Below, one piece after another: positions 53,365 to 64,000 of a DNA stretch of 64,000 nt. The DNA is from Chiloscyllium plagiosum. Taxonomy: Eukaryota. Below the pieces are notes generated by a model that saw only the letters and a program-made list of their open reading frames with translations, searched no databases and was not told the origin of the DNA. The stretch's first letter is position 1. Each line of letters opens with the position of its first letter. The DNA is taken from assembly GCF_004010195.1 (NCBI RefSeq), contig NC_057720.1:26486890-26550889 (forward strand). Reading direction: 5' to 3'. The translations under genes were made by a program, and so were the position numbers.

Positions 53365-53577
53365 GGGGTCAGTTAGTTCAGTTAGCTGGATGGCTGGCTT
53401 GTGATGGCTTCAACTGCCGCATCAACCAAGGTTACCATGAAGGACCCTCTTCCTGAACCTCTCCCTTTGTCTGAAGCATGGTGACCTTTGAGTTAAACCA
53501 TCACCAGTCCTCTCTCTCTCCCTCTCTCTAAAGAAATCAACTCTAATGTCTGACAAGACAATGGTGACTTCATCTTT
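53365..53577 (+). mobile_element. Degenerate tRNA-derived SINE (distinct family)
   Basis: tagttcagttagctgg A-box-like head, (ct)n tract, gtgacttcatcttt end. Confidence 0.45.
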
Positions 53578-53809
53578 GCATGCCCTTTAGTTATTTGCAA
53601 AAGCAAAAGTCTAGAATTAGATCATTGCTTACCAACTCCAAATGATCCATGACTGGAGGATAGAAAATAATCTTATGAATGTCACTACTGACCATAAAGT
53701 AATTGCAAATTAAAATGTTAAAATCCCCATTCACCATAGTTACTCCACAAAAACAGCTGGGGCTTTCATAGCATCTTTAACATAGTGAAATGTTTCATGG
53801 TGCCTCATA

Positions 53810-54998
53810 AGTGACCAAGTTGATAGATGAAGGAAGGGCTGTAGATGTCATATACATGGACTTTGGTAAGGCATTTGATAAGGTTCCCCATGGTAAACTA
53901 ATGGAGAAAGTGAAGTCACATGGTGTGCAGGGTGTTCTAGCTAGGTGGATAAATGGTTGAGCAACAGAAGACAGAGAGTAGTAGTTGAAGGGAGTTTATC
54001 GAAATGGAGAAAGGTGTTCCACAGGGATCAGTGCTGGGGCCACTGTTGTTTGTGATCTACATAAATGATCTGGAAGAGGGCACTGTTGGTATGATCAGCA
54101 AATTTGCAAATGACACAAAGATTGGTGGAGTAGCAGAAAGCATAGGGGGCTGTCAAAGAATACAGGAGAATATAAATAACGGAGAGTTGGGCAGAGAAGT
54201 GGCAAATGTGAAGTGATGCATTTTGTGAAGTCTAATTCAGAGTGAATTAAACAGTAAACAGAAGAACCTTGGGAAAAATTGATGGGTAGAGAGATCTGGG
54301 AGGTCAGGTCCATTGTACCCTGAAGGTTGCTGCACAGATGGATAGAGTGGTCAAGAAGGTATACGGCATGTTTGCCTTCATTGGACGGGGTATTGAGTAT
54401 AGGAGCTGGCAGGTCATGTTAAAATTGTACACAACGTTGGTTCGGCTGCATTTAGAATACTGTGTACAGTTCTGGTCACCACACTACCAAAAGGATGTGG
54501 ACGCTTTGGAGAGGATGCAGAGAAGGTTTATGAGGATGTTTCCTGCTGTGGAAGGTGCTAGCTATGAAGAGAGGTTGAATAGGTTAGGTTTGTTTTCATT
54601 ACAAAAAAAGATTGAGCGGGGACCTGATTGAGGTGTACAAAATCGTGAAGGGCAGACAGGGTAGACAGAGATAAGCTTTTTCCCAGGGTGAAGGATTCAA
54701 TAATGAGAGGTCATGCTTTCAAGATGAGAGGCGAAAAGTTTAAGGGGGATACACACGACAAGTACTTTACACAGAGGGTGGTAGGTGCCTGGAATGTGTT
54801 GCCAGCAAAGGTGGTAGAGGAAGGCATGGTAGATTCATTTAAGATGCATCTGGACAGAGGTATGAGTAGGTGGGGAGCAGAGGGATCCAGATGTTTAGGA
54901 ATTGGGCTTCAGGTTTAGACGGTAGATTTGGATCGGCTCAGGTTTGGAAGGCCAAAGGGCCTGTTCCTGGGCGGTAAATTTTATTTGTTCTTTGTTCA
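53810..54998 (+). mobile_element. CR1 LINE 3' ~1.2 kb (RT domain)
   Basis: YMDFGKAFDKV, GVPQGSVLGP, LEYCVQFWSP; ttgttctttgttc tail. Confidence 0.95.
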
Positions 54999-55162
54999 TA
55001 GGGTGATTTTTCAACATTAACCACCCAAGGAGATATTACAACAGTTAGACCCTTAACTTTGGAGGAGAATAAAGTCATCTTCGATTTTGAGGGACTACCT
55101 AAGAAGACTAAAATAGATAAAAACTTGAAGAAAGATGAATTTTAACGAAGAAGTCAGTGAAG

Positions 55163-56586
55163 AAAGTTAAAAATCACACACCAGGTTATAGTCCAACAGC
55201 TTTATTTGTAACTACAAGCTTTCAGAGCATTGTTTCTTCATCAGGTAGCTAGTGGGGCAGGATCATAGGATATATAATTTATAGCAAAAGACCATATTGT
55301 CATACAACTGGTGCAATATATTGAACAAACCTAGATTGCTGTAAGTCTTTCATCTTTTAGAATGGGTTGCAGATTTTGATTCATGCATATGTAAATCCCA
55401 GAACTTCTTTCTAAGTCACATTCCCAAGATAATTTAAGATTTTATTTTTTAAAAAGTGACATCTCAGCTCAAACAATGCATTAGAGGTGTGAGGTTAGCA
55501 TCTGTCTGTATCCCAATCTTGAGTTAGACTGGTCCTATTTCCAAAGTAAAAATTTATAAAATGTCACACAGATTATAAAAAATATTGACTGCCTACAGAT
55601 TGTATGCTTTTTTGAACAAAATAGAATGCATCTGCAAATACAGTTCTGCCAATGCAAATTCACTCCATAGATTTATACGTGTGTGTGCATGTGAGAGGGA
55701 GAGAGAGAGAGAGAGTGTGTGAGTGTGTGCGTGTGTGCACACGTGCATGCACGATAGAATGTGTGCATGAATGTTTTGGAGTATATGCCTGTGCTAAGGT
55801 GTGTGCACAGTGTGTGTGTGTGTGTGTGTCTGTCTGTCTGTCTGAGAGACAGCATGTGTATGAGAGAGGGTCTGCGTGAGTGTAAGTGTATGTAAGAGTG
55901 CTTCGGTGTGAGTATATGGTGCAGTAAGTTCACCTGCAGTGTGACATAAACCCAAGGTCCCAGTTGAGGCCATCCTCATGGGTACTAAGCTTGGTATCAG
56001 CCTCTGCTCAGCCGCTTTGCGTTTTTGCATACCCTGAAATTCACCTTGGAGGATGGTCACTCAAAGATGCAAGGCCGAATGTGCCTGACTGCTGAAGTGC
56101 TCCCATACTGGGGAAGTGTATTTGCAGATGCAGTCTATTTTGTTCCAAAAGCATACAATCTGTAGGCAGTCAATATTTTTTATAATCCATGTGACATTTT
56201 ATAAATTCTTACTTTGGAAATAGAACCAGTCTGACTCAAGACTGGTTCTAACCTCAACACTTTTTTTATAAAACCTTATGTTATTTCGGGAATGTAACTT
56301 GAGAGAAATTCTGGGATTTACATATTAATGAATCGAAACCTGCAACACATTCTAAAAGATGAAAGACTTATGGCAATCTAGGTTTGTTCAATATATTGCA
56401 TCAGTTGTATGACAATATGGTATTTTGCTATAAATTCTGTGTCCCATGATCCTACTCCACTAACTACCTGATGAAAGAGCGGTGCTCCAAAAACTTGTAC
56501 ATCCAAATAAATCTGTTGCACCAGAACTTGGTGTTGTGATTTTTAACATTGTCCACCCCAGTCCAACACCGGCACCTCTACATCAT
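55163..56586. mobile_element. 1.4-kb fold-back PLE (family A)
   Basis: Inverted arms ~55163-55641 / ~56118-56548; minus-strand GIY-YIG end (TILQG..AAEQRLI) at ~55935-56110; (GA)/(GT) tract in the 3' UTR. Confidence 0.87.
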
Positions 56587-58227
56587 TCAGCAGAGAAGAC
56601 AGAGTTACCAATACAGGCACAATTTAAATTAGGCATGTCCAAGTTGTTAGCATTAGAGAGGCTCAGAGATCTCAGAACCAAGGATAGTTATAGAGATATG
56701 GAAGGGCAAGGCTGCCTAGGCCCTAAGTTATGGAACTCTCTCCCTCAATCGCTTGACATTTCTCTCCCCACTTAAGACACTAACTAAAATTGAGAACCAT
56801 TGGGTTCAAATCATCATTTAAAAGGTGGCTCACTATACACTGATGAGAGATAGAACACAAATCAGAACTTCACATTTTATTGAAATCCAGTTAAAAGTTG
56901 AGGAAAACAACAACTGATGAGCCAAAGTACCTTGGAAGAATTTCTAAACATCACTAAAAACAGGAGTAAGGTAAAAATATGCTAAGTAGTACAGAAGTTT
57001 AATATCTCACAACTATGCAGTAATCCATTTGGTTTTTCATCTGTCTATGCTTACAGGCAAAATATGTTTTTTAATAAACCTGGAATAAAATGAATTTGTC
57101 AGATTCAATAATCTAGATCTAAGACTGTGTATTCCTTCAATGTCTAGTTAACCTCTCACAGCAACCAAGGGCTTTGAAATAGAAGCAATAAATCAGAATT
57201 TATAGTTCAAGAAAAAAAATTTAGAAGTTGGCTCACTGGTACAATGCGGCCGTTTTCTTCTTTGTGACATCAAAGCCTTTTTACTACCATTTATCTTTCA
57301 CCCAGTCCAGATAAAGACAGTATGAATGGCTGAGCAGCGGGCATTCGTGCCATAGTCAGTTCATTTATAGTCAGCTGTCTTGAGCATCTTTTATAAAACA
57401 CCGTGAGCAATATCAGTATTGGGTATATGCACTTTCAGTTAGTTTTTAACATTCACATTATGGAAGACAACAGAAGACTTAGTACCTCTTGAAATTGTCC
57501 TGTTATATAATGCCATGTTTAGAAAATGATTCTTTAAGGGTGCGAATCTAAAGGACATTACTCATCACACCTCATCAGATCGCTTTCTTTTCTCATAAAT
57601 CACAGTGAAGTGACACATATATAATAGCTGTGATGAGCTCAGAATATCTTCTTATCCTCAAAAGGATTCAGCAGCATTTGTGCACCAAAGAAAGAATCTA
57701 ATTTGTCATTTTCTATAGTAAGTGCTCACTATATATTAAATAAATCATGTAGTTCTACAATTTCACTGTATAGCAATCAGCATTAACAGTCTGCACATAT
57801 CCATTTTCACACAATCTGCAAGCGTCATAAACATGTGTGCGGAAGGTATTGAATCAGCCAAGTATGCAATAAGTGCTAGTTATTTTCTTTAAATTATACT
57901 ACTGAAAGTGCTAAAGGACTTCACATCACTTAGCAAGGAGCCCATTATTTCTAACAGATCCCATTTGACAGATACTGCAGGTAGTTCTTGGATAACGCGT
58001 GCTCCAGCAGCACAGTTTTGCTTAGAACGTTGCTGAGGAATTAAGGAACCGGAGTTTCAAGAACGCTTACCTCTGTTCAATAACGCGATTCCAGCAGCGA
58101 TCGTTTCGCCTGCTTCGTTCTGCACATGCACCGAAGCCAGCTGCCGACAGAGCAGCTTTCTGTGACAGGGATTGTACAGAGAGCAGCTTTCTGAGAGTGA
58201 TGCATTGAGCAGCTTCCTCCGAAAGGT

Positions 58228-58418
58228 CATGATTTGGAGATGCTGGTGTTGGACTGGGGTGTACAAATGTTAAAAATCACACAACACCAGGTTATAGTCC
58301 AACAGGTTTAATTGGAAGCATTAGATTTCGGAGCACCTGATGAAGGAACGGCGCTCCGAAAGCTAGTGCTTCCAATTAAATCTGTTGGACTATAACCTGG
58401 TGTTGTGTGATTTCTAAT
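58228..58418. mobile_element. Palindromic PLE family A mini-element inside the Tigger-like element
   Basis: TSD ctccgaaaggt/ctctgaaaggt (58217-58227, 58419-58429). Confidence 0.9.
58334..58368 (+). ncRNA. Minimal hammerhead ribozyme motif (family A)
   Basis: CAC-CUGAUGA-A-GGAAC ggc GCUCC-GAA-AGCU-A-GUG. Confidence 0.75.
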
Positions 58419-59184
58419 CTCTGAAAGGTGCACTACTCCTAGAGTGTCCCTGTTTTTGAAAAAATGGAAGGGCATAGTGAAAATAAATGATAGCAAGAAG
58501 CATCCTGGTGATAACATTGCAGGTGATGAACACAAAAGAAAGGTTATAACACTGGAAAAGAAGCTAAATATTATATAAGGCGTTTGAGCGTAAGGAGAGA
58601 ATATGTGATATAGTTCACTTAACAGGAATGAGGACATCTACGGTATGCATCATGATGACCCTCTGTCCCTGCATTAACAATATTTTTTTAAAAGGTATTG
58701 TGTCAAATTTACTTTTGTTCCATTGATAAATATGATTTATACCTTCATTCAGTTTGTGCTATACTGGGCATTAGACGTTTGGGTGACTGTTGAGCAATCT
58801 TGTGTGATTTTTTTTCTGGTCTGCCCTAACCCTATTTTTACCATGGGCCCCATTATTTCTATTAAGTGAGGTTTCACTGGAACCACCTATATATCTAAAA
58901 GCAGCACAAATCAAATAGAATATCCTTTATTGTCACATGTACTTGAGTACAGAACTACAGGTTTACAGAAAAGTTTACAATGTCACTTCTCATGGTGCCA
59001 TTTCAGGTGCAAAGTACCTAGGCACAAATCTTAGATACCAAAAAAAAGGAATAAAAAAGAAAAGAAGCTGCATAATTATCCGGTGATTCATAGTATAAGC
59101 TAGAAATAAGACATAGTTAAAAGGATAAACATTACTGTCAGATAAACAAATTACAGATAAACATTGCATTGCAGTAACTCAGCA

Positions 59185-59423
59185 CAGAGGCTTCCACACA
59201 CAGAGGGTGGTGCATGTATGGAATGAGCTACCAGAGGAAATGATGGAGATTGGTATAATTACAACATTTAAAATGCACTTGGATGGGTATATGAATAGGA
59301 AAGGTTTACAGGAATATGGACCAAGTGCTGGCAAATGGACTCAATTAATTTAGAATATCTGGTTGGCATGGACGATTTGCACCGAAGGGTCTGTTTCTGT
59401 GCTTAATATCTCTATGACTCTAT
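59185..59423 (+). mobile_element. CR1 3' fragment
   Basis: acacagagggtggtgcatgtatggaatgagct..ctctatgactcta. Confidence 0.85.
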
Positions 59424-59476
59424 GTGGTCGGACCATCCGTGTCAGACCCCAATTCAACAATCATTCCCTCAAAGCT

Positions 59477-59691
59477 AAAAATCACACAACACCAGGTTAT
59501 AGTCTAACAGGTTTAATTGGAAGCAGTAGCTTTCGGAGCGTTGCTCCTTAATCAGGTGTTGTGACAACCACCTGATGAAGGAGCAGCGCTCCAAAAGCTA
59601 AAGTTTCCAATTAAACCTGTTGGACTATAACCTGGTGTTGTGTGAATTTTAACTTTGTACACCCCAGTCCAATACCGGAATCTTCAAATCA
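59477..59691. mobile_element. Palindromic PLE family A mini-element
   Basis: 12-bp TSD tccctcaaagct (59465-59476, 59692-59703). Confidence 0.9.
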
Positions 59692-60358
59692 TCCCTCAAA
59701 GCTGACTTTCTTTCATTTTTGGATGAAATTATCTGGAATACTGGAAGACAGACCAGAGTGTGTCAATTCTTGTGTGCAGGCTCTCTGGATTAGGAATATC
59801 TAATTAATAGGTAACACATTCGAGATCTGTTTTTCTGCTCTATTCACGTTCAGTGTGATTAATAGGCCAATTCCTTTTTACACCACTTTCACTCCTCATT
59901 GAGACAGAGTATAGCAACATTTTAAGAAACAGAAAATGAAATAATCAAAATTTCTCACCAAATGAAAAATGTGACGTGTTGAAATTATTGTAAAACCTGG
60001 AGCATTTTTTCTGCACATTTTGGGGAAACTGCTCCAAACTTTCTTGCTTCTGACAAACAGTAATGGGAGCTAATTCCAGGAGAATTAACAAACAACTCAC
60101 ACTGGAAAGAAAAATAACCAAATAAGGTAGCACATTATTATAACATCAAAATCTCCCAAAGTGTTGAACCATTACTCGTTCAAATTGGAGTGCTGTCACT
60201 GCTGTTATGTTGACAAATATTGTAGATAATTTGCTCATAACAAATAGCCAACCTATTGTCTGTTTTCATAAGTATACAAGTACATCTATGCTTAATATCA
60301 TTCAGAGTGATACTCCATTTGCAAAAAGACTGTTAGATCTTCCACAGAAATGAAATCA

Positions 60359-60445
60359 TTGGGTTGGGATATCTGGTCGGCATGGACGGGTTGGACTGAA
60401 GAGTCTGTTCCCATGCTGTACATCTCTATGACTCTTTGACTCTAT
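60359..60445 (+). mobile_element. CR1 tail fragment
   Basis: gggatatctggtcggcatggac..ctctatgactctttgactcta. Confidence 0.8.
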
Positions 60446-61429
60446 CTTTATTTAGTTCACTTCAGGAACACAATCTACCAGTTTGAATTAATGGTTAGAA
60501 ATTAATTTTCAGTGTTTTAGTCATCTTTGTCTGCTCCACTATATCCAGGAGGTAAGTAAATTTTTAACTGGAGAAACTTATGAGTTGTTGAAATACCTGA
60601 TCTGTAGACCTACTCAAATCAGATGCTGTTCTGACACAACAATCTTGGAAGATAGAGGTACAATGGTATAATACGAGAAATGTTTATGTTACAATAAGTG
60701 ATGGCGGGTGGGAGAGATTGTCAATTTAGATGAGAGTTGTTTATAATCCTAAAGTCCAAGGCAATATAGATTTTGATTTGGAATGGCACAAGCTATTCTC
60801 TTTGACTATCAACCTGCAGCTATACCTCAGCACCATGCTCTTTGGCTGTCGCACTGTCTCTAAATTGTCAGGTCGCTGATGCAAAACTTGTGTGATGATC
60901 AGAAATTATCTCCAATTAAATATAGGAAAGGCTGAAGCTGTTGCCTTTAATCATTGAGAAAAGTTCTGTTCTCTTGCCACCCATCTCTAACCTTCTCCTT
61001 TCTCCTTCACAGCTGCCAGAGGCTGAACCACAGTGATCATGTCATGATGTCATATTTGAACCATTGATGAATTTGGCCACGTGATCATGTTTTTACTAAG
61101 TGCCCCTTTTTCCACTTCTGTAATATTGTCCAACTCCCTTCCAACCTCATTTCATATGCTGTTAAAACCTTCATTCAAAGATTGTTGTTGGATTTGGAGG
61201 TTGCACTGGTCGGTATTCTCTTGGTGAAAGCTAATATAAATCTTTTTGGAGAAGTCAATATGATTTCAAGATTCACCATCTTTCAAAAAATAGCTGATCA
61301 GGGAAGTTCTGCCTCAGTACAGGAATGCCTGGAATCCACCTTCACACCTTATGAAAATATTTAAACTGGTGTACCTGTCAGCAGGAATCTACGTTCCTGG
61401 CCAAGTTGTTTAGAACAGGCGTACAGCAA

Positions 61430-62035
61430 AACAATGGCAAGCATTTATACAACATCCTTTATGTATTAAAATAACCAGCGGTGTACCATGGGAATGTATT
61501 CAAATAATATTTAACATCATATCAGGTGGAGCGATATTAATTCTAATAACAGAGACAGATTTTAACAATCATCTTAAAAGAAAAAAGGGAAAGATTGAAA
61601 GGTTGAGAGGAACAGAGAGTGAATATCTGATGGCTTTGGTTGGGAATGCATAACCAATGATGAAGTTATTCAAATTGGGAATACTTGAGAAATAACAAGT
61701 GGAGAGGTGCAGATATCCTGAAGGATTGCAAAAGCTAAAGGTTACAAATACAGGGATTAAGTGATTTGAAATAAAAAATCATGTTCTAAAATTGAGGTGT
61801 TGTTTAACGAGAACCTAATCAGCAAGTACCGGGATGGTAGGTGATTAGGACTTGGTGAGAGTTAAATATGGACGCAGAGTTTTAAACGCCTTTGAGTTTA
61901 TAAGAATTGCCAGGAATGAATTGAAATAGTTGAGTCCAGACATAAAAGCATGAATGAAGATGTCAACAGCAGAGGAATAAAGGCACAGCAGAGATGGGCA
62001 ATGCAACCAAAGTGGAAATAGACATGTATTGGGAT
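61430..62035 (-). mobile_element. Old L2-like LINE 3' part
   Basis: IFIHAFMSGLNYFNSFLA resembles L2 (LIHAFVTSRLDYCNSLL). Confidence 0.55.
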
Positions 62036-62620
62036 GATTTGATTTATTATTATTGTCACAAGGACTTAGGCACAGTGAAGAGTTTTGGTTTTGCATGCAG
62101 TACTGGCAGATCATAGCATACTAAGTGCATTAGGGTAAGAGAACAGAGTGAAGAATACAATGCTACAGCTGCAGAGAGAGGTTGCACAGAGAGCAAGATC
62201 AGCATTAAATTTAAAATTTGAGAGGTCCATTCAGAAGTCTAAACAACAGGGAAGAAACAGTTCTTAAATCTATTCATATGTGTATAGAAACTTCTATATC
62301 TACTGCCCGACAGAAGAGGGTGGATGAGAGTATAACTGGGGTGGGAAGGTGTTTGATGATATTGGTTGTTTTCCTGATGTAGTACCATTGATACAAACAG
62401 AGGCATGCCCTCCACTCCGCTTCTTTGAGTCAATGATCAGCTTCTTCATTTTGCCAATGTTGGAGAAATTGCTGTCTTTATCCCAAACCAGTAGCTCTCT
62501 CTCCCTCCTTCCTGTATTGTGTCTCATTGCTGTTTGTGATGCAAGCAACAATGGTGGTGTCATTAGCAAACTTGAAAATGGAGTGGGGGCAGAATTTGGT
62601 CACATATTTGTGAGCATAAG
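62036..62620 (-). mobile_element. Rex1/Babar-like LINE 3' part, internally deleted
   Basis: KFANDTTIV, KMKKLIIDSKK, HPSYTLIHPLLSGSRYRS..NRFKNCFFP. Confidence 0.75.
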
Positions 62621-63469
62621 AAGCACAGATGGTGCTCGTCTCAAGAGGAAGTGTGACACCAAGCTGTGAAATGTCTCACCTCAGAGAGGCCAAGGTGAGG
62701 GATGGAATTGCTCTCTGAGAAACAAAGCTGGTGGCCAGAACCAAAAATAGTCTTTCATGTACTTAACTGAATTTTCTTTTGGGTTCAATCACTAACGGAT
62801 TTTTGGAAGCTGTCTGATAATTTGGTAATGGGGCATGAGACAAGGAGAGGTAGAGCTGGTTATCATTTGCATACACATGGATCTGAAACTGCTATTTCCA
62901 GATGACGCTGCCAAAGAAGTACATGCAGGTGAGAGGCCAGAGTAGGCCTTGAGGAAGACAGAAATGACAGTGCAGGAATGAGAAGAGATACCGTAGTCGG
63001 TGATAACTAAAGAAGTGGTTTCATAAGGCCCTGTAGCTACAAAGATTGCCATTTTGCACATTTAAGCTACCTACATATCCATGTTTCAGATGGGGAGATT
63101 TCTTGCCCATTTAGGGACCTCAATATTGTATCATTGGGCTTGGTGAGTTACTGGGCCTCCTTCTGCTAATCCCCAGTTATTATTTGGCATCTTTTAGGTG
63201 AGAAATTTCTATCATACCCATACCACCCCTCTGAAAATATTATTTCTTTTATTTCATTCTCGGTTAGGGTTTTCAAACCTTAGGTTGCCTGTCATTTGAC
63301 TACTATCTCAAGATAAACACTTCAGTGCCTTTTATACATACTATCCCCATCCCTCTTATGTCATTGGCAATCAAAAGGTTAATCAAACTGTACTATAAAT
63401 ATTTTCAAAGACTGAGGTTCCAACCTGGGTCACCTCCAGCTTCAGTTGAGTCATTTGTCCAATGACCAA

Positions 63470-63900
63470 AGCACAATCCTTTGGGATAGCGAATTCCAAA
63501 GATTCACCAACATCTGAGCAAAAAAAGAAAGATACCCCCATCTCAGTGCTAAATCCTTTTAGTTTTAAATTGTAGCTTCTAGTTCTAGATACCCCACCAG
63601 AGAAAATATCTTACTTGCATCTACCATTCCTGAAGAAGGGCCTGTGCCCGAAACGTCGAATCTCCTGTTCCCTGGATGCTGCCTGACCTGTTGTGCTGTT
63701 CCAGCAATAAAGTTTCAACTCTACCTTGTCTATCCCTTTAAGTGTTTTATATATTTCAAGGTGATCACCTCATTCTTCAAAATGCTAGAGAACATAGGCC
63801 CAGTACCCAATTTCTCTTTCTAGGACAGCACAGCCAATCCAGAAACAAGTCTGGTGAACCTCTTTTGCTATACCTCAATGGCAGTAATAACTTTCCTGAA
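63470..63900 (-). mobile_element. Degenerate CR1 with a nested PLE mini-insertion
   Basis: gaattccaaagattcacc, ctagttctagat, gatcacctcattctt, ctggtgaacct. Confidence 0.7.
63626..63661 (+). ncRNA. Complete minimal type-I hammerhead ribozyme motif (family B) in a 94-bp insertion (63626-63719)
   Basis: AUUC-CUGAAGA-A-GGGC cugu GCCC-GAA-ACGU-C-GAAU; GUC cleavage triplet ending 63657; TSD tctacc. Confidence 0.82.
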
Positions 63901-64000
63901 TTAAGGAGATTACAACTGTGCACAGTTCATCAAGTGCAATCTAATGAATATTCATGAATAAATACAACTGAAATCAAGACTTCACTCCTCCTGTGCTCAA

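Larger units (their letters stand above)
57978..58889 (+). mobile_element. Tigger/pogo-like DNA transposon deletion derivative
   Basis: TIRs caggtagttc / gaaccaccta; frameshifted HTH peptide KRKVITLEKKLNII / AFERKERICDIVHLTGMRTSTVCI at ~58492-58655. Confidence 0.72.

Overview
Repeat-dominated non-coding vertebrate DNA, almost certainly from a shark/elasmobranch (HE1-type V-SINEs, shark-type CR1 tails). There is one 711-N assembly gap (20702-21412). I can support no intact host protein-coding exon; the ORFs I could assign are retroelement debris or low-complexity sequence. The window holds many CR1 LINE fragments, tRNA-derived SINEs, Rex1/L2/Tx1-like LINE remnants, solo LTRs, a Tigger/pogo derivative and a tRNA-Val(TAC) pseudogene fused to a CR1 tail. 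The most notable system is at least four families of Penelope-like elements (PLEs; RT plus GIY-YIG). Their terminal repeats carry minimal type-I hammerhead ribozyme motifs whose stems differ between families but still pair. They have repeatedly inserted as TSD-flanked, fold-back (palindromic) elements with asymmetric arms, from about 0.2 kb to 5 kb, and as 94-350 bp single copies. Family names A-D are my own labels. Boundaries of old repeats are approximate.
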